DNA of 64,000 nucleotides, taken from assembly GCA_963666975.2 (NCBI GenBank), contig CAXVYR010000002.1, positions 267,436 through 331,435 of the forward strand, in the 5' to 3' direction. Positions 16,831 through 26,214 of the stretch are shown here, piece by piece (positions within the stretch are counted from its first letter, which is position 1; every line of letters begins with the position of its first letter). The notes beneath the pieces are model-generated. The model was given only the letters and a program-made list of their open reading frames with translations. It had not been told where the DNA came from and ran no database searches. The stretch is from Terriglobia bacterium (GTDB lineage: Bacteria > Acidobacteriota > Terriglobia > 2-12-FULL-54-10). Position numbers and translations under genes: made by a program.

Positions 16831-17646
16831 GTGGCTCATCCGCAGATTGCGGTATTCGCCAGGACGGCGGATGGAAGCGACTCTCCCGTACGGAAAATCG
16901 AGGGCCAGAAAACCAAGCTGGGGCGCACCATGCACTCTATCATTTACGACCCGATCCATGATGAGATCAGCGTGCCGCAGGACTTCGCCCACGCCATTCT
17001 GACGTTCCGCGCGGATGCCAGCGGCGAGCAGCCTCCGATGCGGATTCTGCAAGGTCCCGACACTCGTTTGAATGGACCGGAACGGCACACGGTGGACCCG
17101 GTAAACAACGAGATTTATGTGCCTCAAGGCGACGAGATTCTGGTCTTTGACCGCGAAGCGGCGGGCAACGTGGCTCCGAAACGCATTCATAAGGGGCCGG
17201 ACACGAAATTAGGCGCGGGCGCTGTGGCCGTGGACCCGGTGCGCAACCTCCTGGTTGTTGTGGGAACGCATGAAACTGAAGGGCTGAAAATCCGCATCTA
17301 CCCGCGAACGGCGGAGGGCAACACCCCGCCGCTGCGGCAGATCGGAGGGCCGAACAGCATGATCACGAGGATGGGCGGCCCGTTCGCGCTGTACCCGCCC
17401 TCGGGCAAGATCGTTCTCACGATGCGTCCCCGGAAGGCCGGTGTTCTGGGCGGGGATGACAGTTTCACCGGCGTCTGGAACATTACAGACAACGGCGATG
17501 TTCCGCCCCAATGGACGATCGGGGGGCCGAAAGGCGCTCTAGTGATGCCGCGCGGCGTTGCGCTGGATGTGAAGAACAAGAGCATCATCGTGACCGACAA
17601 GCGGCTCAACGCGATCCTCACTTACTATTTCCCGGAAATTTTCTAG
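16831..17646 (+). CDS. Beta-propeller repeat protein, C-terminal part (same frame, begins at the GTG directly after the TGA)
   Basis: Same reading frame as 15394..16830. The blade repeat continues across the stop without a register change. Confidence 0.6.
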   Translation: MAHPQIAVFARTADGSDSPVRKIEGQKTKLGRTMHSIIYDPIHDEISVPQDFAHAILTFRADASGEQPPMRILQGPDTRLNGPERHTVDPVNNEIYVPQGDEILVFDREAAGNVAPKRIHKGPDTKLGAGAVAVDPVRNLLVVVGTHETEGLKIRIYPRTAEGNTPPLRQIGGPNSMITRMGGPFALYPPSGKIVLTMRPRKAGVLGGDDSFTGVWNITDNGDVPPQWTIGGPKGALVMPRGVALDVKNKSIIVTDKRLNAILTYYFPEIF

Positions 17647-17899
17647 CCGGTTGCTGGAAAACCGCTGGCCGTCGTGCCGAAACGCTCTCCAGCCATGTGC
17701 GCTTCAGCGCCTGAGGCGAGTCTTGCACTCTGCGTGTTCCAGCAATTCAACCCCGACCTCAGCGGCTGAAGCCGTTGTCGTGATCCGGGTAGCGGCAGTT
17801 AAAGACACCCCAGCACGCTGACAGCGGCGTGCTGGGGGGGCCGTCAAACCGTGCCCTGACAAGAGCGTAATACTGGGATACACGAACCGTGAAACAGAT

Positions 17900-20800
17900 C
17901 TAAAAAGAGAAGCGCAAGGCGAATTGAATCTGGCGTGATGTGGTCGCCGTCCTGGAAATCCTTCCTGCCGTACTGGTTCGGTTGCCGGACCGGCCCGAGA
18001 AAACGACAGCGGAAGGGCTTGTTAAATTGGGATGGTTGGGAAGATTGAACAGGTCGGCTCGGAATTGCAATCGCCGTTTGGAGTCGAGTAAAAATTCCCT
18101 CCGGAGCGATACGTCCATGTTGAACACGCTAGGGGAGATGAGCGTGTTGCGGCCCGCGTTGCCGAGGGTTCCCGGCGGAGGCGCCGAAAAAGCACAGGGA
18201 TCGAAATACAGCTCCGGGGTGCCCAGGGTTTGGCCTGCGCTAATGCGGCCGCAACCAGCCGAAACACCCTCCACCAGATTGTTGCTCGCGCCGCCGGCCA
18301 GATTCGGCCTGCTGGCCGCAAACAGGTAGCCTTCGGCGCGGGCTTTGGACTCGGCGGAGAAGGGGGTCCCTTTACGTAAGTTCATGATCCCGCCCAGCCG
18401 CCAGCCGCCCAAGAGCTTGGAAAGGGGGCCTGAATTCCACCAGCGCTGCCCGCTCCCGAAGGGACTATTATAGAAGTAGCTGAACACGAGGCGATGCCGA
18501 ATATCGAAGTCCGACAAGCCGCGGTCGAGCGTCCGCATCAGGGGATACTGGCCGGTGTTGGATTGCTGCCCGACGGAGGAATCATCCACCGATTTGCTGA
18601 ACGAATAGCTGGCCTGCAGGGATAGACCGGAGCTAAGCGACTTATTGGCGGAAACCTGCAGCGCGTTGTAAAAGGATTGCGCGTCCGTATTGATGATGGT
18701 GATCGAACCAAAGTTCGGATTGGTCGGTCCCGCGTTGGGCTGGCAGAGGTCTGAAGGATTGGGTGAACTGCAATCATCCGGGAAGAAGAGCGCCCCATCC
18801 TGCTGAACGACGGGAACCGGATACTGGTTCGCCTCGAAACGGCGCAACAGGTGGTTGCCTCGGGAACCGACGTAGGAAGCCTGCGTGCGCCAGCCGCCCG
18901 GCAGCTGCTGCTGCAGCGTTACGTGGTAACGGAACACCATCCCCGAGTTCATAGCCTGATGATCCATGACCTGAACCAGGAAGGGCACGTCGACGGCGCC
19001 TTCCAGCGCGTTGGGGAAAAATGCGGAGGTGTCCAGATTGGGGCTGACCGCGATGTTGTAAAACGGAGCCGAGCTTCTTCGCGAATTGGCCACGTATCCC
19101 AGAACGGGGTCGTAGTAGATGCCGACGCCGCTTCTCACCACTGTTTCCCGGCCCTCCCAGGGAGTCCACGTAAGACCCAGGCGGGGCGCGAAATTCAAAA
19201 GAGAAGAATTGCTCTCAAAGAAATCCCCGTACTCCACCTCCGTGCTCCGCACGACGTCCCGAAGAAACACGGTCTTGTTCAGCCGGTCGCTGATTTTGGT
19301 AACCATTTCATAGCGAAGACCCATGCTCACCTGAAGGCGAGGATGGAGCCGGTATTCATCTTGAGCGTAAAGGCCCACCAAAGTCTGCCGAAAGTCGCGC
19401 TGGTTGTCCGAGCCGGGCAATGCAACGGCCAGACCTGTTCCCACCGGTCCGGCCTGCAAAAACCCCTCCAGGCTGTTAAACGACCACACCGCACCCTTCT
19501 GCCAGTCGCTGAAGATGTCCCATCGGTAGCGATGCACGTCCACTCCAAACTTCAACGCATGAGGCCCTCGCTGCACAATGAGCTGCCCCCCGAACTGAAG
19601 GGATTTCGCGTTATCGGCCCGGGGGATATTCGACCTAGGGCCGAAGGCGCTTAGACCCGGCATCTGGATTACGCCGAACCTCGGAGCCTCGGGCAGGAAG
19701 AACAACGAAGGCGGGATTTCAATCAGGGAACGCGTGGCGGAAGAGTCAATCATTCGCGTATAACCAAAGCGGAACGCCGCCAGCGCCTGCAGATTGAGGA
19801 TGTGGGTTCCCACCACCGTGAGGTATTGCTGGCGGGTCTCTTTGACGGTCTGGAACAAGTGTGTGCCCTGCGACTCCTCGCCGGTGGCGTCGTCAAAGGT
19901 GTAGCGGGCGAAGAAGCTGTCCTTGTCCGAGATTTTTTGGTCCACGCGAAAGGTAAAAAAGTTTTCGTTCACCGGCAGAAATTGGGGAGCCACGTTGCGT
20001 CCTACGCCGCGTCCCAGCCCGATATCGTTCGGTACGGGAATCAGCTCCAGGTAGGGCTGCACGCTGGGCGCGATGGGGACGGTGGGCGTGCCGGAGGAGT
20101 CCGGAAATCCGCTCCGAGCCTCTCCGTCCGGGAAGAAGCTCACATTGGTCTCGGTCAAACGGTCGCGCAGTCCCTCATAGCTGAACAAGAAAAAGGCCCG
20201 GTCCTTTTGTAACGGGCCCGTCAGCGTAAATCCGAACTGGTTCCGCTTAAAGGGAGGCGGCTCAGAATCGCGGTCAAAAAAGTTGCGTGCATCCAGCTTG
20301 CTGTTGCGGAAAAACTCAAACAGGGTTCCATGAAATTCGCCGGTTCCGGAGCGGGTGATCGAATTCAAAACCCCTCCGCTGCTGCGGCCATACTCGGCTC
20401 CATAACCGGCGCTGAGCACCTGCACCTGGAAAACCGTATCGGACCCCAGTTGCACCCCGGCGGCGCTTCGGGGAACTTGATTTCGCGCATTCATGATGCT
20501 GGTTCCGTCCAGCAGGAAGTGGTTGGAGGTGGCGCGGCTGCCGGAAACCGACAAGCTGCCGCCGCCTACTCCCCTGGAGGCGGAACTGGAGGAGGAATCG
20601 CTGACTCCAGCCTGCAAGGTGGCCAGCTGGCTGTAGCTGCGGCCGTTCAGCGGAAGGCCCAGCAGCTGGCTTTCATTGATCGTATTTTCTGACGCTTCAG
20701 AGGAAGACTCTTCCGCCGTGCTCACAGGGGCCGCCTCTTTTTGTTCTTCTTCTGCCTGCTCTTGTTCCGCAGCTTGCCGGGCTTCGGATTCCAGGGCAAA

Positions 20801-21160
20801 CAGAAGAGCAAGCAATTGACCTGCGCTCAAGTCTAAACTTTCCCGAGCCTGAGGCACAAACCCGGCACGCGAAGCTTGAACGGAATAAGCGCCGGGAGAA
20901 AGCAGTTGAATTTCAAAGTTTCCCTGGGTATTGCTTTGAGCTGACAAGACCTGCCCGGTAGCTAGGTTTCTGGCGACGACCGTCGTCCCGGAAAGGGGCT
21001 CACCCTTTGCGCCTGTGGCCGTCCCGTTCAGCGTTGTCAACCGGCTAGGCTGGGCCACACGGGCCCGCTGGGACACCCCTGCTGACGGAAAGAAAAACGC
21101 CAGCATGAGCACAATAGCCGGGACAAGCCACCCGATTCTGATCACGCGGCGATCTTGCAT
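17900..21160 (-). CDS. TonB-dependent outer-membrane receptor with N-terminal CarboxypepD_reg domain
   Basis: Signal peptide. Ig-like 'GTATGAKGEPLSGTTVVARN...GAYSVQA'. Acidic linker. Plug-like 'NESQLLGLPLNGRSYSQLATLQAGV'. Long beta-rich barrel with terminal '...QFALRFSF'. Confidence 0.85.
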   Translation of the reverse strand: MQDRRVIRIGWLVPAIVLMLAFFFPSAGVSQRARVAQPSRLTTLNGTATGAKGEPLSGTTVVARNLATGQVLSAQSNTQGNFEIQLLSPGAYSVQASRAGFVPQARESLDLSAGQLLALLFALESEARQAAEQEQAEEEQKEAAPVSTAEESSSEASENTINESQLLGLPLNGRSYSQLATLQAGVSDSSSSSASRGVGGGSLSVSGSRATSNHFLLDGTSIMNARNQVPRSAAGVQLGSDTVFQVQVLSAGYGAEYGRSSGGVLNSITRSGTGEFHGTLFEFFRNSKLDARNFFDRDSEPPPFKRNQFGFTLTGPLQKDRAFFLFSYEGLRDRLTETNVSFFPDGEARSGFPDSSGTPTVPIAPSVQPYLELIPVPNDIGLGRGVGRNVAPQFLPVNENFFTFRVDQKISDKDSFFARYTFDDATGEESQGTHLFQTVKETRQQYLTVVGTHILNLQALAAFRFGYTRMIDSSATRSLIEIPPSLFFLPEAPRFGVIQMPGLSAFGPRSNIPRADNAKSLQFGGQLIVQRGPHALKFGVDVHRYRWDIFSDWQKGAVWSFNSLEGFLQAGPVGTGLAVALPGSDNQRDFRQTLVGLYAQDEYRLHPRLQVSMGLRYEMVTKISDRLNKTVFLRDVVRSTEVEYGDFFESNSSLLNFAPRLGLTWTPWEGRETVVRSGVGIYYDPVLGYVANSRRSSAPFYNIAVSPNLDTSAFFPNALEGAVDVPFLVQVMDHQAMNSGMVFRYHVTLQQQLPGGWRTQASYVGSRGNHLLRRFEANQYPVPVVQQDGALFFPDDCSSPNPSDLCQPNAGPTNPNFGSITIINTDAQSFYNALQVSANKSLSSGLSLQASYSFSKSVDDSSVGQQSNTGQYPLMRTLDRGLSDFDIRHRLVFSYFYNSPFGSGQRWWNSGPLSKLLGGWRLGGIMNLRKGTPFSAESKARAEGYLFAASRPNLAGGASNNLVEGVSAGCGRISAGQTLGTPELYFDPCAFSAPPPGTLGNAGRNTLISPSVFNMDVSLRREFLLDSKRRLQFRADLFNLPNHPNLTSPSAVVFSGRSGNRTSTAGRISRTATTSRQIQFALRFSF

Positions 21161-21169
21161 ATTTTTCTA

Positions 21170-21890
21170 GGGGCTGTCCTAGCTAAGCAGATTGCTTAGG
21201 GATAGGATGGCGATATGTACGAACGGCGTAGTCGGCTGAGCAAGGCGAAGCGGGATCGGTTGGTGGAGCACTTCGTTGCCGGGACGACGGCACGGGCGGC
21301 GGCTGAGCTTGTCGGGGTTCATCGGAACACGGCCGCTTCGTTCTATACACGGATTCGCACGGTGATTGCCGAGGAGACCCAGAAAGCCTCTTCGGTTTGC
21401 GGCGAAATCGAAGTGGACGAGAGTTACTTCGGTGGTCGCCGCAAGGGCAAACGCGGTCGTGGTGCTGGCGGGAAAGTCCCGGTTTTCGGGCTTTTGAAGC
21501 GTGGAGGAAGGGTCTACACGGTGATGATCCCCAATGCCCGTACGGACACGTTGATGCCGATCATGGAGCGCCTGATCCAGCCCGACAGCATCGTCTACAC
21601 GGATGGCTTTTCGAGCTACGATGCTCTGGATGTGTCGGACTTCCACCATGTTCGGATCAACCACTCGGAACGGTTCGTCGACGAACGGAACCACATCAAT
21701 GGGATCGAGAACTTCTGGAACCAGGCAAAGCGGCATCTTCGGCGCTTCAACGGGGTGCCCAAACAGAGTTTTCACCTCTTCCTGAAGGAGTGCGAATGGC
21801 GCTTCAATGGCGGTAACCACCGGACACTGCTTAACCAATTGAAGACATGGATCAAATCGAGACAGAATCACCCTTAGCTAGGACAGCCCC
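21170..21890 (+). mobile_element. IS1595-family insertion sequence (small, IS1016-group size), intact
   Basis: Perfect 19-bp inverted repeats: ggggctgtcctagctaagc at 21170 and its complement ending at 21890. These are flanked by the 8-bp direct repeat TTTTTCTA (21162..21169 and 21891..21898). Carries a single transposase ORF. Confidence 0.9.
21215..21877 (+). CDS. IS1595-family (ISXO2-like DDE) transposase
   Basis: 220 aa. An N-terminal HTH-like segment, then 'EIEVDESYFGG', 'YTDGFSSYDAL' and 'NGIENFWNQAKRHLRRFNG'. Confidence 0.85.
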   Translation: MYERRSRLSKAKRDRLVEHFVAGTTARAAAELVGVHRNTAASFYTRIRTVIAEETQKASSVCGEIEVDESYFGGRRKGKRGRGAGGKVPVFGLLKRGGRVYTVMIPNARTDTLMPIMERLIQPDSIVYTDGFSSYDALDVSDFHHVRINHSERFVDERNHINGIENFWNQAKRHLRRFNGVPKQSFHLFLKECEWRFNGGNHRTLLNQLKTWIKSRQNHP

Positions 21891-22181
21891 TTTTTCTATT
21901 GTCTCACAGGTGTTTCACCGGCAGAGGGTCTTAAAGTTTCTGAATGAGGCGAGCATGTGCGACGCTTCGCCGTCTTGAGCAACCCCGAGGCGCTGAAGCG
22001 CACCGGTAAAATCAGGCGGCAGGAACAAACACGGCCGTCAGCGCAACGCCAGCCGGCTTCTACTGGAGAAAGCCGATACCGCGAGCATCTGAAAATATCC
22101 TGATATAAGACAGGCCCCGCCAGGAGATGTTAGTACTTAATCTTCCAGTCGCCGTTCGCATCCCTCTCACGGTGCGCGCTG

Positions 22182-22648
22182 TGACCGGCCCCCGGTTTTT
22201 TGATCCATTATGAAAGTGAGTTTTGCGGCAGAATCTAATACCAAAAGAAGGGGGACAAGCCGTGAAACAGAAGCGATTCAGCGTGGAGTAGATTGTAGGA
22301 GTGTTGAAGCAGGCAGAGGTGGGGGTGCCGGTAGGGGAGCTGGTCCGGAAGGTAGGGATCTCGGAGCAGACGTTCCGGGAGGAGTGCCTGAATGTACATT
22401 GCTTCACAACACTGGGAGAAGCCAGGCAGTTCATCGAGGCTTGGCGGAGGGAGTACAATGAGAGTCGTCCTCACAGGGCCCTGGGGGAGAGGACGCCGAA
22501 CGAGTTCGCCTTTCCGATTGCAGATCACTGCAATCTGAAAGGCCTGGAAACAGCCCAAAACTCACCCTGAAACTGGTACAAAAATCCGGGGCCCCTCAAG
22601 TGATGTAGACTCTCTCACTGAGACTGGCACAAAAAATCGGTCTGGTCA
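22182..22648 (+). mobile_element. Internally deleted IS3-family remnant (pseudogene fragments of OrfA and OrfB between TG...CA ends)
   Basis: Left end 'tgaccggcccccggttttttga', right end '...aaaaaatcggtctggtca'. The OrfA-like fragment 'VGVLKQAEVGVPVGELVRKVGISEQTF' has a preceding in-frame stop and is fused to an OrfB C-terminus 'GEARQFIEAWRREYNESRPHRALGERTPNEFA'. Confidence 0.7.
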
Positions 22649-22702
22649 TTCTACCGGCCGGGGAGGTCAAAATGATGGTAATTCCGGTTAGAGGCACATA
22701 GG

Positions 22703-23704
22703 ATGCAAATTGGTTTCCACTTGACGCCGTTTTGGAGCCCCACGGATCGCACGCCCACACAGATCATCGACGAAGCCATCGAGGTCGTGCGCGCTGCCTC
22801 CACCATGGGCTTCGCCTGGGTTTCCATGGGGCAACATTGGCTTTCCCACCCCACCGTCTGGCCCCAACCGTACCCCCTTGTCGCCCGTCTGGCTCCCGAG
22901 ACGGGGTCCATGCAGATCAAGACGTCTGTGCTCCTGCTACCTCTGCTGAACCCAGTGGAGGTTGCGGAAAACGTCGCCACGCTGGACCACATCACCCACG
23001 GCCGCCTGCTGTTGGGTGTGGCCATCGGCTACCGCGAGAAGGAGTTGGAGACCATCGGACTCAGCCGGAAGGACCGCGTCCCGAAGCTGGAGGAATCCAT
23101 CCAGCTCATGAAGCGGCTTTGGTCAGGCGAGGAGGTGACGTTCCACGGGCGATATGTGAAGGTAACGGAGGGTCGCATGGGGTTCGCTCCCTATCAGAAT
23201 CCTCACCCTCCCATCGAGATGGGGGCGCAGAGCGAAGGGGCTACTCAGCGGGCCGCCCGGATCGCCGATAGCGTCTTCTTCGGACCGCAGGTGCCCTGGA
23301 GAGACGTCCAGAAGCTGGCGGGCGTCTACCGCCAAGCCCGGCAGGATGCTGGCCATGCTGCAAGGGGGATCATCGGCGCCTCCCGCAGCCTCATGGTGGG
23401 CAAGAGCAGGGAGGATGCCGTCCAGACCGCCCGCCAGTATCTCGAGAAGACCTTTCGCATGTACCGCACGTGGGAGATGCAGGAATCGGCCATGGTTCCG
23501 CTGCAACTCGGGTTTGATCGACCCCTTGACGACTGGACTGTCCACGGTTCGCCCAAGGACTGCGTGGAGATCCTGCTCCGCGCCCGGGACGAGATGGGGT
23601 TGGAACGGATCGGCTTCACCATCTACAATCTCCCCCGCGCGCCCCAGGCACGGATCGAATATCTGCAGATGATCGCCGAGGAGATCGTCCGGAAGGTGGC
23701 TTAA
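22703..23704 (+). CDS. LLM-class (luciferase-like) flavin/F420-dependent oxidoreductase
   Basis: 333 aa. 'MQIGFHLTPFW...', 'LLLGVAIGYREKE', and a TIM-barrel LLM-like overall pattern. Confidence 0.7.
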   Translation: MQIGFHLTPFWSPTDRTPTQIIDEAIEVVRAASTMGFAWVSMGQHWLSHPTVWPQPYPLVARLAPETGSMQIKTSVLLLPLLNPVEVAENVATLDHITHGRLLLGVAIGYREKELETIGLSRKDRVPKLEESIQLMKRLWSGEEVTFHGRYVKVTEGRMGFAPYQNPHPPIEMGAQSEGATQRAARIADSVFFGPQVPWRDVQKLAGVYRQARQDAGHAARGIIGASRSLMVGKSREDAVQTARQYLEKTFRMYRTWEMQESAMVPLQLGFDRPLDDWTVHGSPKDCVEILLRARDEMGLERIGFTIYNLPRAPQARIEYLQMIAEEIVRKVA

Positions 23705-23740
23705 TGGAAACGGAGGTCTCCCGTCTTCGTCGGTTCATCT

Positions 23741-25114
23741 CTAGTTTACGATGGGTCGCAGCATGCGGCCGATCGGCTTACCAACCGGCTCTCCATCCTG
23801 CATCTGTACATGGCCGCGGACGATCGTACAGACAGGCATTCCTTTGACCTTCCAGCCGTGCCAGGGCGTTGGTTTGTTCTTGCTGTGCAGTTTGTTTGCA
23901 TCAATGACTCCCTCCTTGGCCATGTCTACGATCGTCACGTCGCCGTCCGAGCCGAGCCGAATGGCGCCCTTTTGGGGATAAAGCTGCCAAACCTTTGCCG
24001 GGTTCTCACTAGCAACCTTTACGTACTGATTCAAAGTCAGGCGTCCCTTATTGACCTCTGTCAGTATCAGAGGTACCCCGGTTTCGACGCCGCAAAAACC
24101 GGAAAGGCAATCCCAAATCACCGGCTTCAGCAGCTTCCCTGTAATGTCAGTTCCCTTCTCTTCCATGCTATGAGGAGAATGATCCGTCGCTATCATGTCA
24201 ACATACCCTTGGAGGAGACCGTCCCAGAGGACTTCGGCATGGTCTTTGGAGCGCACGGGAGGATTCATTTTCAAAAGGGGCCCCACCTCGGCCATGTCCT
24301 TGTACTCGCGCAGCAGATAGTGCGGTCCGGTTTCAGCGGTTACTCTTAGGCCCCGCGCCTTGGCGTCCTTCACCATGAGCGCGGCCTGTTTGGAACTCAT
24401 GTGAAGGACGTGCAGCTTGGTGCCAAAGGTCTCCGCAAAAAACAGGGCATGGGCGACAGATTCGGCCTCGCAAATATCCGGCCTCGACGATTCCCAGTAT
24501 ATGGGGTCGTTCTTCCCTTCGGCCTTGAGCTTGTTTGTGCAATAGTTCATAATCTGGCGGTTCTCGGCGTGGATACCCAAGGGAAGCTTAGATTGGGCGA
24601 TAAAAGAAAAGGCCTCCATGCACATCCCGTCATCGGGGCAAGGAAGGTTGCCGATGGTTTCGCCGAAAAAGATTTTATAACCCACGACGCCCGCTTCAGC
24701 CATTGGAAGGATCTGGGCCGTGTTGGTCTGGACAACAACTCCCAGTATGCCAAAGTCTGCCAGCGATTTCTCTTCCGCCAAGCGCCGTTTTTCTTCTACC
24801 TTGTCCGCGTCCGCCGTGGGGGGGACCACGTTCGGCATATCGATAACCGTCGTCACGCCACCGCAGACTGCTGCGGTTGATCCTGTTCCAAAATCTTCCT
24901 TGTAGGTAAGCCCCGGTTCTCTGAAGTGGACGTGGCCATCGATAATTCCTGGAAGAATGTGTTTCCCCCTCGCATCGATCACCTCCTTGCCTTCGGGCAG
25001 GAAATCATCTGCCCCGATGGCAACAAACTTCTCCTCCCTGATCGCAACGCCTCCTGGGAAGGTTTGTTCCGGTGTAACCACCCAACCGTTCTTAATGACA
25101 AGGTCTGCTTTCAT
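23741..25114 (-). CDS. Cyclic amidohydrolase (dihydroorotase / allantoinase / hydantoinase-like)
   Basis: 'DGHVHFREPG', 'GGVTTVIDMPN', carbamylatable Lys context 'GYKIFFGE', 'IHAEN', 'HVLHMSS', 'ATDHSPH'. Confidence 0.85.
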   Translation of the reverse strand: MKADLVIKNGWVVTPEQTFPGGVAIREEKFVAIGADDFLPEGKEVIDARGKHILPGIIDGHVHFREPGLTYKEDFGTGSTAAVCGGVTTVIDMPNVVPPTADADKVEEKRRLAEEKSLADFGILGVVVQTNTAQILPMAEAGVVGYKIFFGETIGNLPCPDDGMCMEAFSFIAQSKLPLGIHAENRQIMNYCTNKLKAEGKNDPIYWESSRPDICEAESVAHALFFAETFGTKLHVLHMSSKQAALMVKDAKARGLRVTAETGPHYLLREYKDMAEVGPLLKMNPPVRSKDHAEVLWDGLLQGYVDMIATDHSPHSMEEKGTDITGKLLKPVIWDCLSGFCGVETGVPLILTEVNKGRLTLNQYVKVASENPAKVWQLYPQKGAIRLGSDGDVTIVDMAKEGVIDANKLHSKNKPTPWHGWKVKGMPVCTIVRGHVQMQDGEPVGKPIGRMLRPIVN

Positions 25115-25626
25115 AATTCCTGCGGGGAAAATCTGTCAGATTGACTGAACGAGTAAACTCGAAGGCTCATTATACCGAATTGTGTAAAAGGCGCGAATTT
25201 CTTTCCGCTGCTTCACTTCTTAACCGCAAATGCTGCGCGGCGCGGTCGCTACCGGCGGGCTAGAGTCGGTGACTGGCAGGAGGAAACTCGGCGACGATTG
25301 AAGGTGGCGGACGGAGAGGCAAGAACTAGCGGAGAAAGCGGATAATGTGAGGTTGTGGATCACCATACAAAAGGTGGCTCAAATTCCCCCCAATTATGCT
25401 CTTGACAAAGGCAAACCGGACGCCATACTACCTGCTGACCCGCCAGGGTCTTGACTCATTGCCAAGTCCGATTTTTTTGCTTGAGGCTGGTATTCGGTTA
25501 TGGCATACAATGCGCTCTCCCTTTCAGGTACGGAGCGCGAGTATGCTTGCCGCGGATGGGAGAAGAGACGTGCCCGACAGAGGGCCGGACCGCGGGGGAG
25601 TACCTTGCATCGTTTGAGAGCGTGCC

Positions 25627-26115
25627 ATGAAAATCGAGGAGACCTTCCAGGTTCCCACTTCCGTCGACCGAGTTTGGGACTTTATTACCGACCCCAACAA
25701 GATTGCTTCCTGTCTTCCTGCCGTGCAGTCGGTGCAGATCCTGGATGATCGCCATTATGAGGTTGTCGTCAAACAAAGGGTCGGCTTTATCTCGGCCACC
25801 TTCAAGATCCATACGGAGGTTTTGGAGAAAGAGGCCCCATTTCGAATGGTGCTTTCGAACAAGGGTAAGACCATCGCAGGAGCCCGCGGGACGTTGAAAT
25901 CCACCGATACGATTGTCTTGAAAGCCGCGCCCGATCAATCCACCGAGGTTCACGTTGTTTCGGAGGTGACATTGGGCGGACAACTGGCAATCCTAGGAGC
26001 CAAGCTGATTGAAGCAAAGTCGAAGGAATTATTCGTGGAGGCTACCGCGAATCTCAAAGAGAAACTGGGGGGGCGTTCCGCGCCGCCTGCTTCAGCACCC
26101 GTACAGATGCACTAG
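25627..26115 (+). CDS. CoxG-like SRPBCC-family protein
   Basis: 'MKIEETFQVPTSVDRVWDFITDPNKIASCLPAVQS...'. Located directly upstream of the molybdoenzyme subunit genes. Confidence 0.75.
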   Translation: MKIEETFQVPTSVDRVWDFITDPNKIASCLPAVQSVQILDDRHYEVVVKQRVGFISATFKIHTEVLEKEAPFRMVLSNKGKTIAGARGTLKSTDTIVLKAAPDQSTEVHVVSEVTLGGQLAILGAKLIEAKSKELFVEATANLKEKLGGRSAPPASAPVQMH

Positions 26116-26214
26116 GGCAAGGCCATTGCGTTTTTGCGACCGCTGCTCCAGAGTTTGAAAGGCCTGTTCTCCCGCAAATGGATGGTGAAGCCGGAGTGAT
26201 CCGAGAAAACGTTC

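Noticed and set aside
16837-16873. Annotating the hairpin after the in-frame TGA as a SECIS element, and the gene as a selenoprotein.
   Set aside because: The evidence is only a 7-bp stem with a large loop. There are no Sec machinery genes in the window, and the position is a variable loop residue rather than a redox motif. It is kept as a hypothesis in the findings, not as a feature.
25411-25530. Sigma-70-type promoters upstream of the CoxG-like gene (TTGACA at 25411; TTGAGG-N19-TACAAT near 25485..25515).
   Set aside because: The first has no acceptable -10 at 16-18 nt. The second has over-long spacing. Promoter consensus for this lineage is unknown, so I cannot support a call.
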